This document shows, one piece after another, positions 46,681 to 56,996 of a stretch of DNA of 64,000 nucleotides (position 1 is its first letter; every line of letters begins with the position of its first letter). The notes under the pieces were generated by a model that was given only the letters and a program-made list of their open reading frames with translations, ran no database searches and had not been told where the DNA came from. Source of the DNA: Pseudomonas phage vB_PaeM_GXNNA8. The stretch is taken from sequence record PV400810.1; one strand, 5' to 3'. A program made the position numbers and the translations under genes.

Positions 46681-47922
46681 ATGTACATCTATAAAAGGGC
46701 GGTTGGGATCAACCAAATCTTCCCCCGAGGAGAGGAATTGGTGGATATCGGTGAGATGACCACCAAGGAACTGGTGGCTACGTTTTGTGAATTAAAGATT
46801 GTGGTGAAAGATGGGTTGTATGGCCGGGATGTGGTCATTGACCTGGTAGACTATCATAACCAGTTCCTGTTGTTCGATGGGGTGATCCAACAGTGGTTAG
46901 ACACCCAGATCAATGTCCCCCTTAAGACCAGTAATACCCTCCCCGGCAGTGAGTACCGGTATGTAACAGCTCAAGACATCCAATACAAATGGTTTACCCT
47001 GTATCCTGGTGACGCTAAGATTGCCAATGATCGCCAGGAACACCTGGACGTTGCGAGCGCACCGGATATTCGGGTTATCAAGACCGATCGAACGGCGGTG
47101 GATTATAACGCCTTGGTTGAACGGGGGTTGTGGACAATCAATGGAGGGCATTTGGTACGAGCGGTGGCGGATGACCAGGCGGTGTACCTGTTGAACGGTG
47201 GGAAGCACTTCAATGTGAATGACAACATTCATGTGAACTACCTTAACTTCAATACCCTCTCTAAACTCAAGACCTACACCTTCCAAGAGACGGATATCGA
47301 CTTTGAGGATCACGACAGTTACAACTTCCTGCACGTACGGTCTCCAGTCAGTCTAAGGAATAAGACAGTCTGGATGAGTATTGGAGGTCGGTTGTACCTG
47401 AATGACGTGGTACAGGTAATGAGTGACCGTACCTTAACGCTGCGTACGGAGAAGGTGGATTGGTTTTCCGCCCTCTTTATTTCGAAATCGATGATCGACC
47501 TCAGTCGGATCATTGATCCAGAACGTGAAGTCGTGGATAAACGGTTCTTCAGTACAGAGAGCTTCTGGAAGACTCTGTTAACCGATCCCAGTACCTTCCT
47601 CATCGTACTGGATAATCCCAACCTGTATGTGTCCGTGGAGCCCATCACCACGTACCAGTATCCCTTCACCTACCACACCCATGAAACCCGTTCTATTCCC
47701 TTAATGGTCAGTAATGGCCTTATTCCCAAGTACTTCACTCGCAAAATCATCAACAGGAGACTTTTAGACATCGACCTAGGCATTCAACGTAAATTCCTCA
47801 ACAAGACCACCGGTATTACCAACGGTGGAAACCTTTATCACGGGTATACCAATCGCTTCGAACCCAGTTCGTTGTACAACGGTTACCACCTTTACATTCG
47901 AAGTGTTATTCAAGAGGATTGA
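46681..47922 (+). CDS. hypothetical protein (upstream of spanins; no lysozyme/amidase motif seen)
   Basis: 413-aa ORF. Confidence 0.5.
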   Translation: MYIYKRAVGINQIFPRGEELVDIGEMTTKELVATFCELKIVVKDGLYGRDVVIDLVDYHNQFLLFDGVIQQWLDTQINVPLKTSNTLPGSEYRYVTAQDIQYKWFTLYPGDAKIANDRQEHLDVASAPDIRVIKTDRTAVDYNALVERGLWTINGGHLVRAVADDQAVYLLNGGKHFNVNDNIHVNYLNFNTLSKLKTYTFQETDIDFEDHDSYNFLHVRSPVSLRNKTVWMSIGGRLYLNDVVQVMSDRTLTLRTEKVDWFSALFISKSMIDLSRIIDPEREVVDKRFFSTESFWKTLLTDPSTFLIVLDNPNLYVSVEPITTYQYPFTYHTHETRSIPLMVSNGLIPKYFTRKIINRRLLDIDLGIQRKFLNKTTGITNGGNLYHGYTNRFEPSSLYNGYHLYIRSVIQED

Positions 47923-47928
47923 CCTGTT

Positions 47929-48420
47929 ATGAACCCAATACCGTTAGGAGGATCCATTATGACATGGATTAGAGACGTGATTCTGATATTGATTCTGGCG
48001 GTTGTCGCGTGGCAGGCCATTGTGCCACGTAACCCCACTATCAGTGTAGAAGCGGTTAATGGGATTCAACGCGTTACCAACCAGTTGCAACGGGTGGCTG
48101 ACAACATGGAAAACAATTCCAATGCCACAGCCGCCTTAACCCAAACCCTCGCCCGTCAGTTGGAACAGCGAACTGAAGAGGACAACTCAGGCTATGCAAA
48201 ACTACTTGAAAAATATGGGGTGGATGTTAATCTGTCTAGTATCCCTGATCCTAGTGGGATGCAGCAACAACCCCAAACTGTCCGAGACCAACTCAATCCT
48301 CCAGGTTCAAGCGGAGCAAGTAAGGATCAACACGTACCGGAAGCAAGTCCTGGCAGCTCAGGAAAGGCTGACCCAAGTGCTCCCTCAACTCAAGAACCCA
48401 CCCGCGGAGATGCCTCCTAG
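47929..48420 (+). CDS. i-spanin (Rz-like inner-membrane spanin subunit)
   Basis: N-terminal TM VILILILAVVAWQAIV, helical periplasmic segment, then a low-complexity Pro/Ser tail where the o-spanin overlaps. Confidence 0.65.
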   Translation: MNPIPLGGSIMTWIRDVILILILAVVAWQAIVPRNPTISVEAVNGIQRVTNQLQRVADNMENNSNATAALTQTLARQLEQRTEEDNSGYAKLLEKYGVDVNLSSIPDPSGMQQQPQTVRDQLNPPGSSGASKDQHVPEASPGSSGKADPSAPSTQEPTRGDAS

Positions 48421-48643
48421 TCAGTTAAGTAGTTTAACGACCTTTCTGCTGGAGTATGACTGCTTGGAGAAACCCTCTCGGGAGGCACGAGAGCTCTGTT
48501 ATCGAGTTACCCGGGTACTGCTGATCAATACGACCCGGGCGTTGGATGACAGCAACATGAAGTTATACGCCAGCCAGCGTACCATTTCACAGTTGATTGA
48601 TAACATCAATGTGTTAATTGAGAGTTTAGCTCTACCTGAATGA
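48194..48643 (+). CDS. o-spanin (Rz1-like outer-membrane lipoprotein), overlapping the i-spanin in a different frame
   Basis: Lipobox LILVG|CSN. Pro-rich (PQLKNPPAEMPPSQL). Conserved Cys residues. Starts inside 47929..48420 and extends past its stop. Confidence 0.65.
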   Translation: MQNYLKNMGWMLICLVSLILVGCSNNPKLSETNSILQVQAEQVRINTYRKQVLAAQERLTQVLPQLKNPPAEMPPSQLSSLTTFLLEYDCLEKPSREARELCYRVTRVLLINTTRALDDSNMKLYASQRTISQLIDNINVLIESLALPE

Positions 48644-48657
48644 CAGACGCGTGATAA

Positions 48658-48693
48658 ATCCTACCTGTAGCCCGCAAAGGCTACAGGTAGGAT
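48658..48693. terminator. bidirectional terminator between convergent spanin and holin-like genes
   Basis: Perfect 15-bp stem atcctacctgtagcc-cgcaaa-ggctacaggtaggat, then a T-rich tract. Confidence 0.7.
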
Positions 48694-48704
48694 TCCTATT
48701 GGGT

Positions 48705-49076
48705 TTATTCTGTCTTGGGCTTAGGCGCAATGATCTCAGCCACCTTGGTTCTCATTTTGTTACTAAACCCCGATTGAGACATAATAGTCTTTAAGGTACC
48801 GTTAACGTTCATCCACCCCCATGCACAGATCACCGGCCCCACCATCATGATGAACATACTCATCTCACTGGGCCATTTACCATTGGTGGTTACTGACAGG
48901 TAAATAGTAAACGAGTTAATCAGTGCCGTTAAACACACCACCAACACGGAAAGGATACCACCGAGGTTAATCAACAATACTTTCCATTTACCAAAGATCT
49001 CCCGTTCCACTCCTCCTTCAACAGGAGGAGAATTGGCGGGTAGCTCTGGGTCATCGTCTTGAGTTGTTTCAGTCAT
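48705..49076 (-). CDS. two-TM small membrane protein (holin candidate)
   Basis: Start MTETTQDD has a GAGGT SD directly after the RuvC stop. TM1 VLLINLGGILSVLVVCLTALI; TM2 MSMFIMMVGPVICAWGWM. Basic C-terminus. Confidence 0.45.
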   Translation of the reverse strand: MTETTQDDDPELPANSPPVEGGVEREIFGKWKVLLINLGGILSVLVVCLTALINSFTIYLSVTTNGKWPSEMSMFIMMVGPVICAWGWMNVNGTLKTIMSQSGFSNKMRTKVAEIIAPKPKTE

Positions 49077-49080
49077 ACGT

Positions 49081-49671
49081 TCACCTCTCTGAGACACCGT
49101 AATGCCGGGCGATCTGCTCACACCGATAGAGGCCGATAGCGACACTGTCAGCGGAGTGCTCATCCAGAACCGTCAAATCAATCTCACCAGCGTCTAACCA
49201 CGGATAGTCCATCACCCCTTTATGAACATCCTCCTTCTTACTCCCACTGAAATCTGCACCCACCACGGCTTTAGCTAAACGAGGGAGGAGATACGACAAA
49301 TGAATACCGTGGGTAACGAAGGTTTCACGTAACAAGGAGACCACTTGAATCAACTGCTTAAATGTAAGCGGAGACATACCGAGGAAGTTATCCTCACAGA
49401 TCCCACTGTCGGGTTCGAAGATAGCTAACAGTTGACTTAAACTGCGCGCCATACCGTAACTTCTTGCCGCAATACCAGTGTCCGCGCGATCATCAAATTG
49501 TGCTGGAATGTCAAACAACAACTTATTACCAAAGATCGTGTTCGCGTAAATCAACTTAAACGGTTCAGCTTTAGCAATATTGATGTCGAAGACACTCACC
49601 CCCATACAGGTAGTGGACGGATCTATGGCTAAGACCCGTACACTATCAGAGGGCTTTAGGACGCAAAGCAC
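49081..49671 (-). CDS. ruvC: RuvC-family Holliday junction resolvase
   Basis: VLAIDPSTTCMGVSVFD (compare ILGIDPGSRVTGYGV), KLIYANTI, catalytic E in GICEDNF, and C-terminal DEHSADSVAIGLY (compare DAADALAIAI). Confidence 0.8.
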   Translation of the reverse strand: MLCVLKPSDSVRVLAIDPSTTCMGVSVFDINIAKAEPFKLIYANTIFGNKLLFDIPAQFDDRADTGIAARSYGMARSLSQLLAIFEPDSGICEDNFLGMSPLTFKQLIQVVSLLRETFVTHGIHLSYLLPRLAKAVVGADFSGSKKEDVHKGVMDYPWLDAGEIDLTVLDEHSADSVAIGLYRCEQIARHYGVSER

Positions 49672-50288
49672 ACGTAACAGGCGGGGTGGGCGTAGGGTAG
49701 GTAAATCACCACGATGAACTCAGACACAAGATCATTCAACATGAACTTGGACGGAGCCCATTGGGCGTCACCACGATATGCCACGTGGAATGCCGTCACA
49801 GAGCGTGGAAGGTCCGCACTCCAGTTATTGGTCCACCGACCACCCGCAATGTTGTACTGATTCAACAGAGTGGCCATCCGTTTGGCATAATCCATCGGAT
49901 CAGGGGTCATGGGCGGCGGCGCGTCGGTAATATACCGCAGCCAATCCAGCTCTGTGACGCTCCCCACAAACTCCGGTGGACCCGCCCAGATGATGTTCTC
50001 ATCGGCATTCACGACCGCCGCCATGGGATTGACCAGGGTGGTGTCGTCCAGCGGCTTACGTGCAACACCCGCTTTGTTGACGAAATGCACCACAACCTCA
50101 CCCGTCACAGGGTCGAGCAGGTCCAGAATGACTTTATCACCATCAACGATGGCTTGGGCTTCCTTGAAGTCTTCCGGTTTCAGGGTGGTTTGATAGAAGG
50201 CGTTGGCTATCTCAATTGCCTGACCTGCCGTCATATTCTCAACCAGTGGAAGGTGAACTTCTCCTTTTAGTATGGCTGGGATTTCCAT
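49656..50288 (-). CDS. hypothetical protein
   Basis: 210-aa ORF. Confidence 0.5.
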   Translation of the reverse strand: MEIPAILKGEVHLPLVENMTAGQAIEIANAFYQTTLKPEDFKEAQAIVDGDKVILDLLDPVTGEVVVHFVNKAGVARKPLDDTTLVNPMAAVVNADENIIWAGPPEFVGSVTELDWLRYITDAPPPMTPDPMDYAKRMATLLNQYNIAGGRWTNNWSADLPRSVTAFHVAYRGDAQWAPSKFMLNDLVSEFIVVIYLPYAHPACYVCFAS

Positions 50289-50291
50289 GGG

Positions 50292-51239
50292 TCAGTTTCC
50301 TTGTCCAGTTGGGGGTTGAGTTGAATTGGTATGCAAGAGCATGGGTGCGCTTGCACCGTGGTCAAACGCAAGCTGGATCTTGATGTTAGAGAGCGCATTG
50401 CGGCCATCACGTTCAGTCATGTAGTGGGCAAAGACTGCACTCATGACCTCGGTATACTGGATAGTCGCGCCTCCAGCAATCTCCCCACGGAATTGAGTAT
50501 CAATCCCATAAGCAACACCCACTTCGTTAATGGATGCGTATCCCGCATCCCCGTAGTAGATTTTGCAGGCTTGTGAAATCTCACGCAAATCAGATTGAGT
50601 CAACGAACAGTCCAAAATAGCCGAACTGTTAATGTACTCATTGCTGACAGGAATGTTACCCTCACTGGTAAAGTCAACCGGTTGTGGGTTATCCAGGTCG
50701 TCTTTACGGTGAATGTAAGGTTTAACATCCTCCAGACCGGTTACAGGATCACGAGTGATCTTGTTTTCGGTTGGATTATAGTTATCGAAATTAACCAACT
50801 TCAACCAATAGAACTCGTAAGGAATACCGTTTCTAGCCTCCACGGTCCTCATACGAAACTTCTCGCGGTTAAGGTTGTCCAAAGGGGCGTCCAAAGGACG
50901 TGCAATAAAGGGAACGGGTGTAAACAGGTTCATGTCAATCGGTTGGTGTTGGTTCACCTTCAATCGACTGACCCCCCGACTGTCTTTACCATCACAGTTG
51001 GATCCCCTTACACCAATCCCGAAATACTTCAAGTAGAAATCTCGGGAATTCTTACTTCCCAGGGATTCTTCAGCCAGAATACCATAATGCTCATTGAGCG
51101 TGGTGTACTTGGGAATGGTAATCGGTTGACCAGTGACGATACATTTCGCGATCAGATTACCCATGGAGGTATTCGTGGTCGTCTGAGCGGGAACCTCAGA
51201 TCGATTCTGATCCTGGAGTTCATTAGCAGAAAGTGCCAT
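50292..51239 (-). CDS. hypothetical (likely structural) protein
   Basis: 315-aa ORF. Confidence 0.5.
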   Translation of the reverse strand: MALSANELQDQNRSEVPAQTTTNTSMGNLIAKCIVTGQPITIPKYTTLNEHYGILAEESLGSKNSRDFYLKYFGIGVRGSNCDGKDSRGVSRLKVNQHQPIDMNLFTPVPFIARPLDAPLDNLNREKFRMRTVEARNGIPYEFYWLKLVNFDNYNPTENKITRDPVTGLEDVKPYIHRKDDLDNPQPVDFTSEGNIPVSNEYINSSAILDCSLTQSDLREISQACKIYYGDAGYASINEVGVAYGIDTQFRGEIAGGATIQYTEVMSAVFAHYMTERDGRNALSNIKIQLAFDHGASAPMLLHTNSTQPPTGQGN

Positions 51240-51247
51240 GGTAATTC

Positions 51248-51646
51248 CTATTTAAAAGCCATCGAAAAGGAGTGCTTAAAGCGCATAGAATCCGTGGAAC
51301 AGATCACTGTTACGCGGTCTCCAATAATGAGTTTACCCACGTCCTGGGGCAGCAGGGATTCGTTCGTATGGGTATTAAACCAAGCGCTGATCATCTCAGC
51401 GTTAATATCAGAACGGTGGAGTTTAAGACTGCTGTCAAGGTCCAGGGAACGATTCAGGGTGTGGGGTGTCAAACTGATGCGTTCGTGCTCATACCGTGTG
51501 CAAGGGATGCCGTCCCCGTGAAGGATGAACATCGCATTGAGGGTGGTGGGATTACGGCCTTGATATTCAATGTTCAAGGCCGTTGCTTTATCTAACCCGT
51601 GAAGACGACAAAAAGACTCCTTAATGAGTCTCAACTCTTTGGTCAT
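51248..51646 (-). CDS. hypothetical protein
   Basis: 132-aa ORF. Confidence 0.45.
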   Translation of the reverse strand: MTKELRLIKESFCRLHGLDKATALNIEYQGRNPTTLNAMFILHGDGIPCTRYEHERISLTPHTLNRSLDLDSSLKLHRSDINAEMISAWFNTHTNESLLPQDVGKLIIGDRVTVICSTDSMRFKHSFSMAFK

Positions 51647-51660
51647 TAGACTCTTCTCCT

Positions 51661-54042
51661 TTAGTCCTTATTAACGTCTTTAAATTGAAGTCTTCCACTA
51701 GGAGTGACCGCCGTAACCGGCCCTCTTAAGACCAGTCTGCCGTAGTTGGCGGGGTCAATCACCGTCGGGGGACTCAGCTCCTTAAACACAAGGCGGCCAT
51801 AGTCCGCTGGACCTACGAGTGTTTCCTTATGCAGCTCTTTGAATACCAGACGCCCATAATTAGTTTCAGGGAGGCCCATACGATCTGCTGGTAACAGCCT
51901 GAAATAGGAGTCATCGATTATCCGAACTGCATAGTCCAACAGGTTGGTGCTGAGATCCACCCGTTCAAAGATATCATCGCTACGCGCCACCCCATACCCT
52001 TCTGCAATCGCTGCCACCTCAGGGATCATAGGTTCAACCAGGGGATGAACCTCTTCAACGGTACGAACACCATCGAAATGGGTGGGAACATCCATCTGAA
52101 CATGGGTGTAATCCCCGAAGGCACCATTTCCCTTCCCAATCCACCGGGGATCCCCAACAAAGATCTCACTGGGGAGCTCCGTTAAGTCCGTACCGTCATC
52201 GATTTCCTTAATGACCTGGATGGTGTAAGACGACAGCTGCATCATGATATCAATGAGGTTTGACTGTTTAATCCTCAAGGACGGGTTATTGTTGCTGTCC
52301 CAACCCGTGATGCGTTTGAAGATCTCCCAGGCAAAGTTACGGGCTTCTTCCGGGGTGTATTCCGTAAAGTCGAACTCATACCGATTCAAGAGTTGTTGGT
52401 AGGTAGTCAGGTCCGTGATCGTGGCGTTTCCAGACTCGTACATGAACTTCGTGGTGTTCTCCATCCGCGTACGCATGTTCAAGTCGTAGAACTGACTCGA
52501 CATCTTCTTGTGTTTCCACATGAGCGCGTAAACTTCTTCAGAATACGCCATGAGGTATTCCGGTGCAATAAAGGTGTTCACCGGAATCCACACGTTACGG
52601 ATGTCATACGCCATAATCGGCGTAATGAACGAAGGACCCCCAATATCAATCAAGGCTTCCAGGGTGGGAGGAACCGCTTTTAATACGTTGTGGTAATACG
52701 CCGGACAGATGTTGACCGGTTTTTGATCCCTGGCGAAGTCCACCAAGTACCGCCACACGTAGTAGGCATCCCCAACCGGGAGTCTGACCTGTTTACCGGA
52801 TTTAGGATCGGTAACCAGAATACGCCCTTTAAAGTACCCCTTAGCGGTTAAGTAAATCCATTCATTAAAGACTACCGACATCTTGGTATCGATGTGACGG
52901 TTGGTGTAATCCATCATTTTGGATTCCAACGTCTTCGTGGGCAGTTCAGAATGGTTACTGTGTTTCCCTTTCTGCAACGCGTCGTGATAGTACATGGACG
53001 CTTGATTAGGGTTCTCTTTTGCCAAGGGTTGTTGTTTATCGATCATGTGTCGGGTATCGATAAACGTGGCTTCTCGACCGTAGTCTTCCTGCAAGTTAAG
53101 CTGGAGCCTACGGTACAGGGGATTGGGAACCAATTCTTCCAACTGATTCGCTGTATTCTCCACCATATCAAACTTGGCCAGGGGAATACGAGCGTGGGTC
53201 AGGAGGTTGTCCATCAACTTCCCAAAGGTATACTGCTGACCGGGGTTGTTATCAATCCATGCGATGTTGCGGTACAACCACATGGTTTGATACCGATCTA
53301 AACTTTCCTTGTACTTGGAGAACGCCCCGTAGGAATCAATGTGACTCCAAATATAGAAATCATGAGCATACCGCGTCCCAATGGCTTCATGCCGAATGGT
53401 GCAAATGGCTTTGAACAGGTCAGCATACAGCAACATAATCCCGAAAGGGAGCATCAAGTCATCTGTTAACCGGTATTCGTGACGGAAGACTTGTTCCACT
53501 TCACTGTAGATCCAAGCTTGGAGTTGAGGGATCAATTGGTCCTCATTCCATTGCACCAAAGCCTTATTGTATTTGAGGATCTTATAGTCCTCAGCCTCTA
53601 TGGTCTCCTCGTAGGGGATTGGTGCAATAATGCCGCGAATCAATTCAGCTTGTCCCGGGTACCGTTCGACCAAGCGATTGAACCAATAGCCCCCGGTAGC
53701 ATACTCCCTGGCCGTCGCTAAATGGGTCACCAAGTTGTCTTTATTGAAGACAATTTCGTCACCGGTATCAATCGACGTAATAGTCATGATCTGATCATTG
53801 GGGTGGTAGTCCCCATTCAGGTTCATGTAGTACCGCCAGGTCCTTTTATCCAACCCGACAGGATAACCCGCTTCCTCCAGGACTTTGTTATCCCGTAAGG
53901 CAATGGCTTCTATTTTGATGACCATGGTTCTGACTAGACGAAACACGTCAGTCAGATAAGCATTAAATTCAATATTGTCCATAGTTCGCTCGAAGAGGTT
54001 AAGAATGGTCGATACATCTCGTAGACAGTCCAAGGGTAACAC
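51661..54042 (-). CDS. large hypothetical virion protein with C-terminal NYGRLVFKEL tandem repeats
   Basis: 793 aa as listed. The track start at 54042 is GTG; an ATG at ~53982 (MDNIEF) is an alternative. C-terminus: NYGRLVFKELHKETLVGPADYGRLVFKELSPPTVIDPANYGRLVLRG. Confidence 0.55.
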   Translation of the reverse strand: MLPLDCLRDVSTILNLFERTMDNIEFNAYLTDVFRLVRTMVIKIEAIALRDNKVLEEAGYPVGLDKRTWRYYMNLNGDYHPNDQIMTITSIDTGDEIVFNKDNLVTHLATAREYATGGYWFNRLVERYPGQAELIRGIIAPIPYEETIEAEDYKILKYNKALVQWNEDQLIPQLQAWIYSEVEQVFRHEYRLTDDLMLPFGIMLLYADLFKAICTIRHEAIGTRYAHDFYIWSHIDSYGAFSKYKESLDRYQTMWLYRNIAWIDNNPGQQYTFGKLMDNLLTHARIPLAKFDMVENTANQLEELVPNPLYRRLQLNLQEDYGREATFIDTRHMIDKQQPLAKENPNQASMYYHDALQKGKHSNHSELPTKTLESKMMDYTNRHIDTKMSVVFNEWIYLTAKGYFKGRILVTDPKSGKQVRLPVGDAYYVWRYLVDFARDQKPVNICPAYYHNVLKAVPPTLEALIDIGGPSFITPIMAYDIRNVWIPVNTFIAPEYLMAYSEEVYALMWKHKKMSSQFYDLNMRTRMENTTKFMYESGNATITDLTTYQQLLNRYEFDFTEYTPEEARNFAWEIFKRITGWDSNNNPSLRIKQSNLIDIMMQLSSYTIQVIKEIDDGTDLTELPSEIFVGDPRWIGKGNGAFGDYTHVQMDVPTHFDGVRTVEEVHPLVEPMIPEVAAIAEGYGVARSDDIFERVDLSTNLLDYAVRIIDDSYFRLLPADRMGLPETNYGRLVFKELHKETLVGPADYGRLVFKELSPPTVIDPANYGRLVLRGPVTAVTPSGRLQFKDVNKD

Positions 54043-56977
54043 GCAGGTGGATTTTGCTGCTTTGCGTAAATCGTTGACGACTCAAAACCCAGTGGTTGCA
54101 GCGACCCTGCGTAATGCTACGCCTCGTAACGGTTCATCCCCTGAACGGGATGAGATCAACGGTCATCGGACGGTTAACCCTTACAAACTGGAAAAGCTGA
54201 GTAATATCATCAGCAACAACATTAACGCGGCTACTGATTTGCGGTTAATCACGCCGTATATCGACAAAGCCACCTTGATCTGGCAGACGTGTCTACTCTA
54301 CCCCAATGGGAAGCAAGACAAAATCCTCACCTACGACACCCAACCGTCCCCTATTAAAAATGCAAAATTGCATGATGAACTCCTCACCATCTGGGATGGC
54401 TACTATACCAATGACTATAAGATCGAGAAAGATTTGAGGGAAATGATCGCGGATATTCTCTTCAATACCGGGAGTTATGTGCTGTTTAACTTGAGTCGCC
54501 CAGGTCTCGATTATTTGATCAACGGTGCGGAGCAATCCGGGGATGTTGCCGGTAACGAACAGTTCATGACCCAGGCTAAAGAGATGCTAAGTCATGAGTT
54601 CGTAGTCGTCAACGGTAAAGTCCGGGTGAAGAACAAAGGTGTCTTTGTCGGTAATAGAACCAGTCATAATACAAATAACACCGTCAGTGGTCTAGAATCC
54701 CTTTTCCTGAACCCTTCTTCTCAGGATGCTGGAGTGGAATTCAATATCTTTGAAGACGATAAAGACTCTGTCTCGAAGGAATTGGCTCAGCTGATTGATA
54801 TTACCCTGACCGATAACCCAGCGGTCTTGTACCTCCAGAAGTTCGAGGAAAGTAAACGTCGGTCGAATGTTGCCGCGGTAACGGGAGCGGAAGGGTTGGA
54901 CCTTATTATCCAAACCGCTCTGGTGGCTCGTACGAACCCTGGAGATGATCAACAGCACTATACGGATGCAGATGGTAAGAAACGCAAACGTAAGAAGCCT
55001 GCTGATCCTCAAGCCACTACCGTTAACTTAACAGAAGGTGAATTGAATGAGTTGAGTAACCGTTTGTTCCCTCAACGGAATCCGGTGAGTCAGATCATTC
55101 AATTCAGTAAACCCGTCGATGCCTTGAAGATTGCACCCTATGGACGGGGGATTACCTACAAGGTTCCCAGTGAAGCGGTGATTCCGATTCACATTAACGG
55201 GAGTAATGGAACTCAAACGGACTTTATCCTCCTCACGGATCCTCGGGATGGGAGTTTCCTGAAGAATACGAATGACTTCGAGTACTACCAGAGTAACCGA
55301 AGCAATGCCAGTATGATTGCTAACCGCCCTAAAAACGGTAGTACGAACAACCTGGTTAAACAGCTTCGTCAGATCCAAGAAGGGAAAGAATGTGATTTCG
55401 ATATGACCGAGTTCATTGAGATCTCGAAATCGAATATCATTCGACGGTACATGCAGTCAGTCCTCAGTGGTCGCGGGGAGAATATCAGCATTGAAATCGA
55501 TGAGGAAGCCAACAAGATCTTCCTGCAACGCATTTTCCGTAGGCAGGGGATTCGGTGTTTGTATGTGCCTGGGGAAGCGATGACCTATATGGCCCTGAAC
55601 TATAACCGTTTAGGGATTGGTCAGTCGTTGACTCAAATGGCTAAAATGCACATTGCTCGTTTAGCGGCCTTAGACCTCGCTGACGCGTTGGCGAACCTAG
55701 AGGCGGCTACACCCCACACCCAAATGACGATTAACCTCCAGGAGAACGACGCAGAGCCTTTTGCGGGTATTGCGGCGACCAGGGCAGCGTTCTTTGAAGC
55801 TAACCCACGGTTGCACAGTATTCTCTCAACATCTCAACTATCAGTCCCCATGATTGTGGATACCTTGAGGGAGAACTCCTTAACAGTTAAAGTCAACGCG
55901 GGTGAGAACCCTTACTTCCCTGCCTCGGATATTCAGCTCGATCAATTGGAAAAGAACATCTTCCGCCCGGTCGATCAGAATAGTCGTACGGAGCTGTTGA
56001 ACAAGATCGCCAACTACTTCCACCTGTCTCGGAGTTGGTTGGATGTCAGTGACGATCAGAACAACTTCCAGATTGAGGCCCTGGCTGAACACCAGATGCT
56101 CCTGAACCAAATCGTTAACTGGCAAGAACGCCTGGCAGACTTCATTATTGACTTCGAACGTAAGCATGCTCACGTGAACGGGCCTTTAATGAAGAAGTTG
56201 GTGACCAAGATCTCGGAGAATAAGAAACTCTGGTCACCGGACAGTAAGGAGAAACTGGAAGGGTCTGACGAAGAGATCATTAAAATGATTCTCGTCGACT
56301 TCTTGACTAACCTTAAAGCCCACTTCCCCATCCCCAGTTCTGTTGAAACGACCGCTAAACTCAAGGACAGTTTGGATACGGTGAGTCAGCTGGTGGAGTC
56401 GTGGGTTGCCATGGCGGGTCATTCGGGTAACCTGAAACAGATTGCTGAGCTCTTGGGTATTCCGGAATCTGATGACGGAGAAGGGAATAACAAGAACCTG
56501 ACGGCGATTAACGAGCAAGTGAAGTCAGTGCTCACGGTTGAAGCCTTCAGGCGCTATAACCTCCCGATGCCATTTGACGACATCCTTAACGATGGTAAGG
56601 GTGGTGGTCTTGCTTCCTTGGTGAACGCCGTTGTGAGTCAGCGTCAGAATGTCGGGGAGTTCCTGGCAGCCCTGATTGCAGGGACTCGTGATGCGGATGC
56701 TAAGGTCATTAAGGCACACGCCAAGAAGATCGATAAGGCTGATAAAGACCTCCAAGAAGCCAGGGATAAGGCGAATCTCCCTGAAGGGGATCAGAACGCC
56801 TTAGAGAATACCCCTCCCGGGGAAGAGGAAGAACCGGAAGGTATAGAGGAAGAGGAAGGTTCTGAAGCAGGTACTGAAGGAGAGGAGGAAGAAGAAACCT
56901 CTCCTGAGGGTGAAGAAGGCAATGAGGATGGGACCAATCCTGAAGAGAACAGTCCCGATACCAATCCCTTTGCTTAA
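54005..56977 (+). CDS. large hypothetical protein with poly-acidic C-terminal tail (possible portal/scaffold-type virion protein)
   Basis: The ATG at 54005 has a GAAGAGG SD; the track TTG at 53975 lacks one. C-terminus GEEEEPEGIEEEEGSEAGTEGEEEEETSPEGEEGNEDG. Confidence 0.6.
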   Translation: MVDTSRRQSKGNTQVDFAALRKSLTTQNPVVAATLRNATPRNGSSPERDEINGHRTVNPYKLEKLSNIISNNINAATDLRLITPYIDKATLIWQTCLLYPNGKQDKILTYDTQPSPIKNAKLHDELLTIWDGYYTNDYKIEKDLREMIADILFNTGSYVLFNLSRPGLDYLINGAEQSGDVAGNEQFMTQAKEMLSHEFVVVNGKVRVKNKGVFVGNRTSHNTNNTVSGLESLFLNPSSQDAGVEFNIFEDDKDSVSKELAQLIDITLTDNPAVLYLQKFEESKRRSNVAAVTGAEGLDLIIQTALVARTNPGDDQQHYTDADGKKRKRKKPADPQATTVNLTEGELNELSNRLFPQRNPVSQIIQFSKPVDALKIAPYGRGITYKVPSEAVIPIHINGSNGTQTDFILLTDPRDGSFLKNTNDFEYYQSNRSNASMIANRPKNGSTNNLVKQLRQIQEGKECDFDMTEFIEISKSNIIRRYMQSVLSGRGENISIEIDEEANKIFLQRIFRRQGIRCLYVPGEAMTYMALNYNRLGIGQSLTQMAKMHIARLAALDLADALANLEAATPHTQMTINLQENDAEPFAGIAATRAAFFEANPRLHSILSTSQLSVPMIVDTLRENSLTVKVNAGENPYFPASDIQLDQLEKNIFRPVDQNSRTELLNKIANYFHLSRSWLDVSDDQNNFQIEALAEHQMLLNQIVNWQERLADFIIDFERKHAHVNGPLMKKLVTKISENKKLWSPDSKEKLEGSDEEIIKMILVDFLTNLKAHFPIPSSVETTAKLKDSLDTVSQLVESWVAMAGHSGNLKQIAELLGIPESDDGEGNNKNLTAINEQVKSVLTVEAFRRYNLPMPFDDILNDGKGGGLASLVNAVVSQRQNVGEFLAALIAGTRDADAKVIKAHAKKIDKADKDLQEARDKANLPEGDQNALENTPPGEEEEPEGIEEEEGSEAGTEGEEEEETSPEGEEGNEDGTNPEENSPDTNPFA

Positions 56978-56996
56978 TCAAAAATAAACGTTATAC

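Noticed and set aside
46681-47922. Endolysin call for the gene preceding the spanins
   Set aside because: No lysozyme (E..D..T), SLT, amidase (HxH/Zn), CHAP or GH19 motif could be found. Left as hypothetical.
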